Assembly: GCA_029953675.1 (NCBI GenBank)
Contig: JAMWBK010000005.1
Span: forward strand, 2,542,001-2,606,000
DNA: 64,000 bases
Source of the DNA: Rhodosorus marinus CCMP1338
Lineage: Eukaryota; Plantae; Rhodophyta
Direction: 5' to 3'
Numbering within the stretch: the stretch's first letter is position 1; each line of letters begins with the position of its first letter. The notes beneath the pieces were generated by a model. The model was not told where the DNA came from and did no database searches. It saw nothing but the letters and a program-made list of their open reading frames with translations. Positions 24,641-38,552 of this stretch are shown here, one piece after another. The translations under genes and the position numbers were made by a program.

Positions 24641-25495
24641 CGTCGACCTCAAAAACTGCCGTTCCCTCTTAGAAAACTCCTCGTAAACTGCCAACAATCC
24701 CCATCCTCATCCCCACCCACCCCCCCCAAAAAACTCAAACAATACCCACAAAAGCAACAGCTCTTCTCCTACCCTACATGTTCCTCTCCATCCAAACCAC
24801 TAAACCCCTTCACAATAGAACAAAAGCCCTTCTCCTCCCAAACAAAAGATAATCTCTCCTCCAAATCACGGCGCCTCCTATTAAACTTTCCCAACTCTTT
24901 AAGAAGTAAAATTACCCTCAAGACTTCTAAGCCAAAAGACCTTCCTCGTGGCTGCTTCTTACCAACCGTCCCTTTGCCTCTAAACAAAGTCCTATTGCCA
25001 GTAATCGATTATTGGGACAGATTGTCCTACTTTTTTCTTTGGGAATTTGAAACCCAGTCGATAGCCGTGGACATGGAATACCACCCTGAAGTAAATTTTC
25101 CACTTTTGGGATTGATTTGGGGTTAATTATGAATAATGTCTAAATTAGATTGTTTCATGAGGTTATTGTTTCGGACAGCTCAGAGTTAGAGTATCGATGG
25201 TCAAGAATTAGACTCTAGGGAGGCTGGCTCAACGCGTGGTTTCGCGGGGCGACCAAGCTTTTTTGACGGGGATGGTCGACACCCAGCTGGGTTTGGTTGA
25301 TCATTTGAGAGGAGTTGGACGAAGTATCAAACTCTGTGCTCATAAACCAACGCCTGGATTCAGTCTGTAGTGTTCCAGAGGAGTTCTGGTTCCAGGTGTG
25401 TGTTTTTTTTTCGTTTCTTCGACAAACCTTCTGAGAAGCTTGTGGTGATTTGTTCCTAACATTCATTGAGGTCTTTATTGCTTTGGAAATCTGTA

Positions 25496-27839
25496 CTAAT
25501 GAGGCCTGTCTTCGCGCGGTCGAGGTGTTGCGCGAAGGATATCATCTACCCTCAAAATCATCTCAGCAGCCTCCGTTGCAGAATTCAACATTTGGCGCTT
25601 CAGTTTCCATGATTCAGTAACACCGAGTTCTCGCATCTAAAGAGAGCAGACAGAAGAGAAAATAGAGACGTTTAGGCTATGTTTCTGGTAGGTGTAGGTA
25701 ATCCAAGCACTATCCCGGGCTGCATGTTCAATGCTACGTACATCACCTATTGTACCATCGTTCATGTTTAAGCCGCAGGTGCTCTTCCCAGCGGCATGAG
25801 CTGCCCGTAGCTGAGCTACTAGCTCTGAAGAATCGTACCCGGCGTTGTCGGCGATGATTCCAGGTAGGGCCCGGAGGGCTCTCGCGAAGGACTCCACAGC
25901 GAGAGATTCTTTTCCTATGTACGGATAACCCGGAAAGATGTTCGGTCAGCGCCTTTTCCTTGCATCCGTACAAGCCAACGGAATCCGGCAAATCCAGTGC
26001 TCACCTGCAACCGACTTTGCGAGTTCATCAACCGCGTTGGCCATGAGGGCTTCAGAACAACCTCCACCGAGAACAGTCTTTGTCTCCTTCGCGGTTTGCG
26101 AAAGCACACAGAGTGCATCGTGCAGACTTCTCTCCGCTTCGTCTAGAAGCTGTTCATTGGCTCCGCGCAAGACAATTGTACAGGCTTCTCCTTTTGCACA
26201 CCCGGAGAACTGGATCAACCGATCCTCACCAATTATAATCTCTTGAATCTTCTCACACCGCCCGAGAACTGCAGTTTCTGGAGAATCAAATGTCGAGACC
26301 ACTTCACCGCCTGTAACGAGTGCTATTCTCTCCTGTTCAAAGCAGCGCCGAATAAAGACGCCAGAGCGATTGTCGGACCAATTGTCAGCAAGAACTTTGT
26401 ATCCTGTGGATGCAGTTCACCCAGCAACGATGGTCATGAGCAGAGTATTCTTACGATTCCGTCGAAGTCTGCATGTTCAATTGCCATAACTCCGTTGTCT
26501 GCGAAGAACTGCTCCGGGCGATTGTAGATCAGCTGCCGATTCACGAAAACGTTGCATTTATGGTCCAGAATCTTTTCGCACTTGTTCATCATTTTCTCCC
26601 TCTCGGCTTCTTCGATCTCAGCTACTCTAGCCAAGCTATCCACTCTAACCTTCGCTCCGTAGATCTTCACCTTGTCAGTGTCCTGAAAACCATTAATTAA
26701 AGAAGCAAAAGTTAGCCCGACGTACATCAAAGGCGTTCGGATATGAACTCTTGGAGATACCAGTCTGCAACGCGCAGTTGGATTCCTCGGATACTCCAGC
26801 TTACCATTGGCGTATTTGACACAAGAATCTTTGCATTTTCCATAACCTTCGGCTGTCCTACCCCCAGGGATTTAGCCAGAATGAACCCTTCTTCCAGATA
26901 TGAGTCCTTCAAGCTGCCTCCAGGTTTCTTGATGATCTGGATATGGTCCAGATTAGTGCTACCCTTCAGTCTAAGCACGGCGTCCACAGAAATCGATGAG
27001 AACTGATCCCTGGCCTGGGATAGGACTTTGGAGCTCAGCGTGGTGCACGCAATGTTGTACAAGTCATCACGCATCTTATCCGCATTGCCGCCGTTGTCGA
27101 CGGTAGCAGCAAGAAGCGCATCTTCTGCGCATGTTGCGGCCTTTCTGAACCCTGTAATACAGTGATCGGAGTGCGAGATCCTCCCGTTAGTTCGACCGAA
27201 ACCTCACACGAATGGATGGAAACTGCTTTGTTCCGTACCTGCAATGATTATTTGAGGATGAATCCTTTGGTCCACCAATTTTTCCGCTTCACGCAATAGC
27301 TCCCCGGCAAGGCAACACACTGAGGTTGTACCGTCACCAACTTCATCGTCCTGGGTTTTGGAGATGTCGACTAGGATCTAAAATCATCCATATGGAAGAC
27401 GGGAAAATTCGCGCTCAGTACGGGTGCATGAAGACCCACTCGATAGGTAAAGCGGTTAGTTCGAACCTTAGCTGCTGGGTTGTCGATGTAAATGGATTTC
27501 AAGATCGTGGCTCCGTCGTTCGTAATTGTCACAGATCCGCTTGACGACTGAAGGATCTTGTCCATTCCCTAGAAAAAAGCCGCGCAGAGGAAGAGTGGTG
27601 AGCAATCGACTCACTTTAATACGTGCGCTGCTGAAAAAAATAATCCCCTGGATCCAAGGCTGAAGCTTTTGTTGACATACCTTGGGACCCAACGTCGTTT
27701 TAACAAGATCAGTAATCGCAAGGGCTCCCACAAACGAGCTCAATCGAGCTGTTTCTCCCTTCTCCTCGGTCGCGGAATCCTTCAATACAGTCGGCACCGC
27801 ATCCAAATTGAAGGGAACTCCCGGCATAGACTGCATCAT
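25496..27839 (-). CDS. CCT2: T-complex protein 1 subunit beta (chaperonin CCT2), multi-exon
   Basis: [109 protein letters not shown] and [12 protein letters not shown]. Confidence 0.95.
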
Positions 27840-28880
27840 CTTGCCGCTCAAAAGATCAAGACTCTCGCTTGCCCCTCCTTCAACGTTTTTCCCACTCAAC
27901 AACTAAATTTCAGATTGATCGGGTCTCAATAGAAAGCAAGAATCACTATCCAAGACAAACTCTCACTTCTCACGCTCTTCACAAGATCTGAGAGGAACAA
28001 CCGCCATTCCTAAGTCTACGAAAACCGTCACACCGCACGCGGTCCAAATTTTGTAACAATCGCCGTTCTTGTTTTGGCCAAACAGACCGATGGAATATCC
28101 GGGCCAAGGGAGGTGGTCAATGTTACACGAGTGGGTTTGTTCTGAAAGTAGCATCAGCCATTCTCACCTGGCCAAGCTCAAGATGGCAAAACGCCATATT
28201 CGGTTTGCGCAGGTAGCAATCGCCTGCTTGTTTTTCCCTTGCTTTGGCATCGTCCCGCCGTGGGACATCTCGCCGTTCGGACGGATTTGGATCATTCAGA
28301 GTGCTACTTCTGATGAGTTCGAACTGCAAAGCCCGTGATGAGAATTCTTGAAAGGAGCGTTTCTTGCTTGTACGAATGAAACGAAAGAGCCCCGCAATCC
28401 GCCCTCCATGAGCTTCTCGTTTAACAAACACCCTCGAAAAAAGACACCGAAATCTTTGCATTTAGGCTATTGGTTGATTTTCTGGGACTCTACCGACGAG
28501 CGCTTGAGTTTGTCCCATCATCGGTGTCCCATTTGCTAGCGATGGTTGGGAGTGTGCGAAAGTTTTCGGATTGGATCAGCATGAGTTCCTAATGGATGTT
28601 GTCTGGAGAACGTTGAGATGTAAGCTGACCCTTGCAGAGGGTGCAGAAGGCTAGAGCTGCTGGAAAAGTTTTCTTAGGTTAGTTCTCTCTTCGATTTTAC
28701 TAAAAAATTCAACACGCCGACGGGCGAAGTATCGGGTCGCCGTAGACGTTTCAGTCGTCTCCTCCCGCGTTCGCGTCCACAGCGGACAAAATTGAAGCCA
28801 ACCGCTTCTCAGGTAGCCGTGGCACCACGAAACTGTTCGGAGCAGGCAATATGGGAAAAACTGAAAGATTGCTTTTCGAA

Positions 28881-31162
28881 TTACTCAACAGTCAGTACGC
28901 GGAGAACGTTCGTTGTCCCGGAGACGCCTTCTCGCATCCCAGATATCACGACCACGAGATCACCTTTCTTGCACAATCCGCTTCTTGTTGCCGCAGCTAA
29001 CGATCTAGTAATACAAGGCAATCGAAATTCAGGAAGGAGATTGATGAAAAACCAGGGTAGGTAACAAAGTTATCCACAATTCACTGTACCTCGCAATCAA
29101 ACTCTCGGTTCCCAACATGGACCCAACGACAAGAGGGAAAAGTCCTCTGTGAACCAGCAACTGTCTAGCTGTTCCTTCGTTCGCAGATACGCAGATTACC
29201 GGAGCGATGGGCCTGTATTTACAAATCTCCCTGCAAAGCATTCGGTACATTAGTAAACTCGTCTACGTCCGTATAGGAAAAGCCATTGAAGGCCTCATAC
29301 CTCGCGGTGTTCCCAGTTTCAGTAAGGCAAAGTATTAGCGAAGCGCCAAGGTCATAGGAAGTCTTCACAGAGGACGAGCAGATCGTTTCGGTAACGTTGA
29401 GCGTGCGTTTCCGCAAGAAGTGCCTCAAGGAACTGTGCACAAAATTATAGTCAATCCACCGCTCTGCTTCTCTACAAATAGAGACCATTGTTCGGACCGC
29501 CTCCGGAGCAAAATCACCCTGCGCAGTTTCACCTACGTTCCAGGAGAGGTACGCAGACCACGAAGTTGTCAGGACTGGGCTCGGAACAAGGTGGAGCTGG
29601 GAAGCTGCTGCAAGACAATCGCAGCAGATACCACAAAGGTTACTCACCGGAAAGCATGACACAGTCCGAGCCATCGAACACGGCGTTTGCGACGTCCGTG
29701 GTTTCTGCTCGAGTTGGCCGAGGGTTGTTAATCATCGAATCGAGCATTTGGGTTGCCGTCACGACGGGTTTTCCAGCAATATTACACTTTGCGATCATCA
29801 TTTTCTGTGCTATAGTAACCTTCTCCGTCGGAATTTCAATTCCAAGGTCTCCTCTCGCCACCAAAATTCCATCGGATAGAGACAGAATCTCATCAAAGTT
29901 CTCGAGACCTTCCTGATTCTCGATCTGGTGGCAAAGGGTTGGGAGCACCCTCACATTCAGAGAGCACATTAAGGGAAACCATATTCCGAAAGCTTGTTAT
30001 CCGAATCAACATACCTTTGAGAACATTTTTATGTTGGAGCCACCGTGCATATCCAAAAACTGCCTTACCCTCTTCGCGTCCTCCGCCTTCCGGATGAAAC
30101 TCGCCGCGACAATGTCAACCTTCTGTTCACAGGAGAATATCAGATCGTGCTCGTCCTTTGCCGTCAGTGTCGGCATATCAGTCCGAATTCCAGGAAGGTT
30201 GACGCCCTGTTGACAACATTCGAGATTCTGAGCCTAAGCGCAATTTCATTCTGGACCAGGACAGAGTGGCTTCTAATCACACCTTAAGTTCTCCTAGAAC
30301 AGCATCTGCAACAACGGTGCATTCGACGTTTTTGCCCTTGATATCCGTTACTATAAGATGTACTAGACCATCGTCGATCAAGATATCTCTTCCAGGAGCC
30401 ATGACCTGCGTCACAGACGAGTTTTCTCTTTCAGCACGTTTGTAGAGATGTAGACTGGTTTCTCTATAAGGAGAGTTTCATGTTTCAGAATGAAAGTGGA
30501 AAACAGTCTGGCTTCCAGACTACACCAGTAGACAATCTTCTGGGTGGACCTTTTTCTTAGACGATTCGGGCTTTTATCGTACCTGACTTAGATTTGAGTA
30601 GCTCACACCGAACGCTGTCTCATCCCCTAAAAAGTTAAGGTCGGGCATTATTGTGATAGTGCTTCCGCCTTTGAGCGTGACCTTGGTTTCCCGATGGAGA
30701 GATTGATTCTAGGAGTCTTAGCATCGCGAGATTTCGGTACGGGGGAGGTCAAGAGTGATAAAAGAGCAGATTCATACCGGTTGGGAATTTTTGAGCTTTC
30801 CGGTGCGGGCTTTGGCACCCCGCGTATCCACCAGTATTGCACACATTCGCTTGGTCGCGGCCAAGTACATTCGCAAATTTTGTACAATCTAGCCGGTGCG
30901 AGTAGTTATTGGTTCAGAGCGCTTGCAAGTGATACAGAAGGTTGTGATCAATTCTCACCTCAAGATGCTGCTGTGAATTCCCCTGTGCAAAGTTCAAGCA
31001 GGCAACGTTCATCCCAGACTCCACAAGCTCCGAAATGGATTCTGGATCCTTCGTCTTCGGACCAAGATGGCATATTACTTTCGTTCTAACAGCCCCCTTA
31101 GCGGGAGAAAACGAGTCGTTAGCTTTGAAATCGATTGCTTGATTGTTCTCTAGAGTAGACAT
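28881..31162 (-). CDS. PK: Pyruvate kinase-family protein with an atypical N-terminal active-site segment, multi-exon
   Basis: [93 protein letters not shown] and a C-terminal GTTNVLRV. Confidence 0.92.
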
Positions 31163-32112
31163 ATCGCGTTGCGCAATCAGCAATGAAGCCTTCTCTTTCT
31201 CCTCCCAAAAGCACCCTGCAAGGTCCAATCAATCCCAATCCCAAACTCGAAACATGAACGGATTTAACCCTTCATCCAGTCCAGCTTCATGTCCCTTCCA
31301 GATTCCATCCAAACCCCAGAAACTCACTCATGAACTTCGCACTGACAAAGGCTGGGCCTCTCCGCTCAAAAAAAAACCTCTGACCCACCAGCCCGCACGT
31401 ACTGCCTTCACTTGATCCAAAGCTCCCTGTTCATACCTCCACGACCAACCCGCCTCCACCCCTCCCGCCCTCCAAACCACTCAAGTAACTTCAGACCCAA
31501 CCGATCTCAAACAGTTTCCCCACAGAATCTCCAAACCACTAATCTCCACTCAACTCAGCCTCTCCAATCCACCAACTTCTCGCTGCTTAATCAGCTCCAA
31601 CATCAATGAACCCGTTCGGCTACAACTCGATCCAAGCTAAACAGTCCTGTCCGGACACTACACAATACATAACCACTTCTCGATCCTTTTCAATCCTTCA
31701 TCCTTGCAAATCGTCGTTTCATTGACAACATCTAAATCGCTCTTTGTCTCTGTCTCTCTCTTTAATCGGATTCTGCAAGACGATAAACCTCATCAATCCA
31801 AAGTTAGGTACATCCTCAACAGCTTCCTAGGTCTTTAGTGAAGACAGCTAGCACATATTCGGATCTTTAGACCTAGTCCAAACCAGCTAAAAGAATTCTA
31901 TGACAGTTTCTAAGGGAAGCATGTGATCAATCGATGGAGAAACCTCAAGACACATCTCTGCAGGATGGGGATGGATCGTGATGAACCTAGCTCGGCTCTG
32001 TAAACTGTGAACGCTTTTACTAAAGGATTCCCTGTTGGAACCCGTCAGGAGGAAATAAGGAATCTATGTATGCGTGAAAAAAACCCCAATGGGTTGTGTG
32101 GCTACGTTCTAA

Positions 32113-33070
32113 CTAGAGGGACGATCTCATAGTTCCCTTCGTCAATTCGGCCCGCCCGCGTGGAAAGTAGTGCATTCCAATTCCATAAAGACCGGTTGAG
32201 TGTCGCGCGTGACTTCGCTGATTTGTGTCGATGGGTGGCTGCAGGTGCAGAGTCACCTCTTTCAAGAATAGATCAGCTTGCTTACCCATCCTCCCGAACG
32301 GCTCCACGCGGAAGGGCACGAAATAGCCGTCATCGTGAGCTCCGAATGCCCCTGTATTTTGACTCTTTTAAGCTTCTCGGCCTCGTGTGCAGCGTACACT
32401 GCCTCCCAGGACAGTTTGTGTAGGTCGGTCTTTTGCAGCGGCGAGGTCACTTTGACGTTGATCACGTACTGCTTCATGGCCCGAGGGTGGCGAGTTAAAA
32501 TGTCCGGTCGAAGGTGGCTGCCTTGGTAGTGTCCGCTCGGTTCCACGGTCACCTGCAGACTCCGTTGTCTGAGTTGTGTAGCCAGAGCGCCCGGGCCATG
32601 TTGTGTCTCAGTGTCCAACAGCACAATATGTTCACAGCCAGAGGACTCTGCAGTATTCAGCGCCTATACCACCTCGACCAGTTCTACAGGGAGCTGGACA
32701 GCACTCACAGCACAATATGTTCACAACCAGAGGACTCCGCAGCATTCAGCGCCTATACCACTGCACCAGCTCTACAGGGAGCTAGACACTGAGACACAAC
32801 ATGGCCCGGGCGCTCTAAGCTACACAACTCAGACAATGGAGACTGGAGGTGACCCTGGAACCGAGCGGACACTACCCAGGCAGCCACCTTCGACTGGACA
32901 GTTTAGCTCGCCATCATCGGACCGTGAAGCTGTACGTGATCAACGTAGGTGACCTCGCCTCTGCAAAAGAACGACCTACACAAACCGTCCTGGGAGGCAG
33001 TGTACGCTGCACACGAGGCCGAGAAGCTTAAAGAGTCAAAATACCGGGATGCGATCGGAGCTCATAATCA
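32113..33070. mobile_element. Two inverted fragments of an RLE-clade non-LTR retrotransposon 3' ORF region, separated by two ~80-bp direct repeats
   Basis: The minus copy encodes LRQRSLQVTVEP..LRPDI..VINVKVTSP..AHEAEKLK..KY..FVPFRVEPFGRMG, a restriction-like endonuclease PD-(D/E)xK pattern broken by a frameshift. The plus copy (32785-33066) is the diverged reverse complement of 32330-32615. Confidence 0.8.
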
Positions 33071-33424
33071 AGCGGAACCGCTGATGGGCACCGGACGAGG
33101 TCTCGATAATGTGCTAGTCCTCAGTACGCGCCGTCTAAGGAAATCCGATGCAATGGAGAGGAGATTGGTGATCAGAGTTTCTCTAATGCGTGCATAGTCG
33201 TTCCGACGCTTCGCTGATCAGAAGTTGCTATCCAGATCAGAAGCTGACGAGACTGAAGTAGCGATCGTTGAGATCAAGCACGTGTTGGACAGTCTCCACC
33301 CGCCACATTGATGTGGTTTGGAGTTCTCGGATGTCTGACGAGGTCTGATCGTGTCAATCGTTTGTCAAGTAGTCAAATATGTGGAACAAGCTCTACATTT
33401 TTGTTTTTCCTTTGTCCGCAGTTG

Positions 33425-36400
33425 TCAGTCCCCCGGGAGAAACACTGACAAAGGATCCGCGAAGCTGGGGTTGTTCTGGATGAGAAGTTTGGCGATCGAG
33501 CTTGTTTTGTCCGTCCTTCTGGGTTGTAAGATGAGCTCGACCATCTCGAGAATCTCCACCGGTTCAGCTCCGTTGCGGCCAGCAAGCTTATCGGAGACGC
33601 TCACCGAGGAGAGCACGTCCACTATCGTCTCCTTCTTCAAGCTGTGGTCGAGTAGGATACTGGGTTTTTGAACTGCAGCAGCACCGACGCGACAGGTTGA
33701 AATCGCGTAGAGCACCCTGCTCCTGTGCTCGGTGGAGTTCAGAAACGACAATGCTCTGGGGACTAAGGTTGGATCCTCCGCGTCCCCATTCACCCACTGC
33801 AGGAAACATCCACTAGTGCACACAGCCCCATCTAGTACAGCTTCAATACCTCGAGAAGAGAAAGCTGACCAGGCGTAGCTATCAACACTGGCTGCGGCGA
33901 CAGCTGCAGCTGCTACAGCTGGAATCACAAACGGGACTTCCTCCTCGATGAAGTCAATCACACGCTCCCACGAATCCTTCCATACGACCCCGCCACCATT
34001 GCACTGAACCATGAACGAAGTCAAAGTGTCCTGTGCCCAGTCCAATTCACGAATCTTTTCGCTTCGCAGGAAAATGAACAGGAGCTTTCTCCACGTATCT
34101 GAGGAGTCTACTATGTTGCAGCGAACAAGCGCAGCTGATAACTGCAAGAAATGTGGTATCTGCAGGAATTCCAATAGTAAACACAATTAGCCATCAGCCT
34201 TTTAAGCTCATGGATACTTGTAAACCTGCATTGTGGATCGCATTCAGCACCGCAACTCACCGTTTCCACATCAACGTTGAACTCGGGATCCAAAAACTCC
34301 ATAAGCCAAGTAGAGTTCACGGACAGACGACGCCCAGACGCAATCTGTTCCACTAACTGCGGATAGATTGCCTATCAGGTAATCAAAACTGGCCTTTAGC
34401 AAGCGACAAACCAATTCAACTACAACCGGCTCTAATAGAACCTACCGCCATCATTCCATGAAGGACATCCGGTTCGACTCCTAGAACGGACGACAAGACA
34501 GTTCGCTGCATACTGACGACGCTTCTAATGATCTGTTCCCCAAGCGAGACAATGAAGATGTTCCGTTGCTAAGTTCAAGAGTCTCTGGTATTCGAACGCG
34601 CCCGGAGGAGAGTTACCTCTACCGCCGTAAACGGATGTCCAGCACGGGGAACGCTTTCCAGCGCAACTCTAAAGGCAGTTCTCCTTGCATCAAGCGAGAA
34701 GTTCGTGTCTTCTACAATCCTCGTCGCCCAGGATGCCGCGCAATGGTTTATGCAACGCCAAAGCGACCTCTGCGTCCAAGCTGATCCTTTCGACTCTAGA
34801 TTGCAAAGGTCTTTCATGGGGTTAGAAAGAGCGGGCGTAGTTCCTGTCAGCGAGTCTTGCGAAATTCTCCAGCCGAGAGGTTGTTTCCGAGGTATTCACC
34901 ATAGACCCGAGCTACCGTTGACCAAATTCGCTGTGCCAACTTGACGTCAACGAAGGCCTCGATTCGGGAAGAACCATGTAGCTTGGAATATAGAACAAGA
35001 AGCGAAACCCCTTCTGTAATCCCCAGAAGATCGTCCTCAACGTCAACCCGTTCTAAATCGAATACGACATGTTCCAACTCGCCTACTTTGTCGAGGTCTT
35101 GGGCCGGAGCTCGTTCATGATTCACAACATCTGCGTTTCAAACGCCGTTGTCAGACGCTTTTCAGCTTGCACAAAACAAGCTGGCAATTAATAGGGTTGA
35201 CTTGGACCATACCGTGGAGAAACCAAGACGGATGAAGATGCAGTAAGCTTCCAGCGAAATTCGCGGCCGCGGCAGACGACGCAACTTCAACATGTGCTCG
35301 CCCTTCTTGATAATGGAACTTGTTCGCAACGGGTAGCAATGGCTTGAGGAGCTCGGCGACCCTGCAGTCACATCGTTGCGAGTAATTTTCGGTTAGGATC
35401 GAGACTCTAGATCAGAATGAGGGAGGTGACGTGCCTTATATGCTCCTCACTGGACTCTCCAAATCGTCGTCGAGTCCTTGCCACTGCTTCTAGGAGAAGA
35501 AAACTGTGAATCGCGAAAATCCAGTGGAGTTCCGAGGCCGCCTATGCGTCCATAGCAAAGTATGTCATTCGGCCGGATGTCAGAAAATACGATCGCAGGC
35601 TCGTGCTCGTCGTGGGGGAATGGTTTACCGCCTCCGAGATAATCTGTTCAAGGGGCAACGTCAGCGATTGAAGTACGCTGACGACCGTGCTGAAAGCGGC
35701 GTTTCTCTCTGTACAAGTTCGGAATAGCCTCAGGGCCGAAATTAGGACTCGCAGGTCCTCGTCTGTACAATTTCTCATATCAAGCTCGTTGAAGAATACC
35801 AGCACTCCTCCGATGCGATCTTCTTCAAGAATCATCTCGGGATCGCTTCTTCCCAATCCTCTACAAAATGTTTCAAGAACAGTTTTTCCGTTAGGTCTGC
35901 CCAGGAACTGGAGGCCTGTCGATCGTGGCTGGTGAACAAGCAGAGGCGTACTCCAGGATCAGCAGGGTATCTTCGACTATGCTCCTCTTTTGGGATGTCG
36001 CGAGGACTGCTTGCCAAAGTCTTGCAATAAAAGGTCTGAACGATTTCTGGGTATGAAACGGAAGCGCAAAACCCGCATGACGTCAGAACCAGATGGTAAA
36101 AACCTCCCGATCAACTCATGGAGGCGCGCGGCGACGGTTGTGGACAAAGAAAGTCTCTTCTGGAGGTTCATACCTGTGTTCTTAGCTCCTGGGAGAAGCT
36201 GCTCTCCCTAGCAATGACACGAAGTATACAAATTGCTTCAGGAACCTCACTTGCGATATCCAGAATCCGCTGTGGGTCTTGTGCGACGAGTTCGGGGAGA
36301 GATGAAGACTGCTGTTCGTCACCATTGTCCGGTTTTTGGGATGTTGAGGACATCGCAGATATTTCCAGGAATACCCGACTTGACCAGTCATCCCATTCAT

Positions 36401-38552
36401 TCTCATACATAACCCTGCGGAGTGCATAATTGTGTGTTTATGCTTAGTATCCAACGTCCTGAAGCCCTCCTGAAGTTTGGAGCTACGATATTGGACCATA
36501 CTTCGCGAGAGCGCTGATGCAGAGTGCCCAGGACGTACGGGTCGACTTGCTCTTGCCGACGTATCCATAGTACACAGATTCCTCTGCGTGGGCTGCTTTC
36601 AAGAGTGCGATATCGACTACCTCATCCTCGCTGAGAACGCTCGCGCTAGATTTCTGGCTCCGTTCAAATATCCTCGTCAATACATCCAACGCCAGAGATC
36701 TCTGGTTTGTCAACGTACTACGGCACAACAGTAGCAGTTCGGCGACCGTGTACCCCGCCAGATCTGCATCCTGTGTGGTTCAAGTCGGTCGAAGCGTGAA
36801 CGCCAGGACTCTCACCATCAAAAACTGGCGCTCAACTCCCTCCAAGCGCAGGTAAGAGTATACTTACTACTCCATGATGATGTAATCCAGAATCCGCTGG
36901 GATTCCTTCCATTTCTTCCCTCGACAGCGCTCTTCCGTTCAGATTAAATCGTAATCTCGACTTTGGACCCAAATATTCGTTAGCAGCTTCAACCTGCAAG
37001 AGCCGAGTGTTCTCATTCAGCGAACCGCCAAAATTTGGCCTTTAACAAACAGCAGAAGCCGACGGCGGAAAGGAGAACCCACATCGGACAGAAACTCATT
37101 CGAATACGCCCTCGTATCGTCGGCGTCAGTGAGCCACGCCAGCTTGCTCTCTTCCACTGGACCTATACGCGAGAAAACAAATGCTCAGTGGCTGATTCCG
37201 ACGTCGTCCCGCAAAACCTGGAGATCAGGGCAAACCGCACCCATTCGTACTCTGGACGATGCTATTGCTTCTGTAACCGCATCTAGCGAAAAGATAGAAA
37301 CGGGCTTGCTTAGTCAAGGACACCCACGCATTGAGACAGATTCACGAGTCTCCACAACGTCAATTCCGTGTTCTCCACGCAAAATAGACGTTCGACGAGG
37401 ACGCGCTGCCGGAAACTCCTCGCGAAACGCACAGGAGCGTGTGGAATTGGGGAGCCAGAAAACTTTGTTCCTAGCATCTTCACAAACTGCTCTTCGGAAC
37501 TCTAGTCTGATAAGCTTGCACTCCACCCCTGTGAGTTTACGATTGTCCGGACATAACCTCGCATTCGGTCGGCCAACGAGTCTCCAGTACAACGACGACG
37601 CTGGTGATTGTGGACTCCCTGTGTTGACAATACTGGTCTGGTAACGTACCAGGAAGACTTTCCAAACCCTTCTCAGACTCTTTCTGCAATTTCTCGACCT
37701 TTTGCTTGTTCCGTTGTCTAAGGAACTCCAACATCTTCCCATCCATTTGAGATCTAACCTCTTCAAGTGCTTCTTCAACCTCTTCAGCCGACATGACTGT
37801 TTTACAACCCCAAAGCAACCGTGCACAATCAGGACATGAAGCGTTTCTTCTGCACAAGCAATGACGTGTATCAACCTACCAGCTAGCTTCTGTGTATTCT
37901 CTTCATCAATTTCGCTTTTCAGATTCTTGAATGGATCATCACTGTACGGCGCCTTGGGGATACGTCCGCTTGATGCAAGGACAGACGCTGGTGACGAGGC
38001 AAGAATTCTGTTCTCAGATGTGCAATATTGAATCCCACTCCTCTTATGGCTTTGCTTCAACTACTGATTGAGAGAGATAGCTTACCAGGCTCGCGGCCTA
38101 CATTCTGATACTCGTTGGCACTCACGTTCGGAAAACCTGAAGGTTGTGTTAACTAGAACCACGCAAAGCCGAGAAATCCACGGATTTTCAGTCCTCCTGT
38201 CGTAAGCTTAAACCATTTTAGAAAATTGATCCACCTTAGGAGGTTCCGCCACTGGCACGAGGTTGTCATCCTCTCCATGCGATTCTTTGATTTCAATTGC
38301 GGTGAAGAAGTCGTTCCTTGCTTGAGAAGAATCTTGAGCTCTGCCATTATCACTCGTCTAAAGCACAAAGACGTAGAAAGAAAAGACAAAAAAATACGGC
38401 AAAAAAAATTGGTTAATAACTCGTCAGAACACATCGTGCCCTGTCTGCCCTCCACAGGCACTGAAGCGCTCTCAGCCAGGGAGTCCAGACTGTGAAAACC
38501 GCGACCTTACCGTCGTGAATCGAACCTTCCTATCTGAATCCGTGGCTTTCAT
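33425..38552 (-). CDS. RPAP1: RNA polymerase II-associated protein 1 (RPAP1/Rba50/MINIYO-like), multi-exon; both ends approximate
   Basis: RPAP1_N motif EIDEENTQKLA..MSAEEVEEALEEVRSQMDGKMLEFLRQR. RPAP1_C motif RFNLNG..GLHHHG..AGYTVAELLLLCRS...QRSLALDVLTRI. Long helical C-terminal exons follow. Confidence 0.85.

Noticed and set aside
27963-28540. Small gene between CCT2 and pyruvate kinase
   Set aside because: Splice-like signals exist but alternative frames are equally plausible and no motif is recognised, so it is not supportable as a feature.
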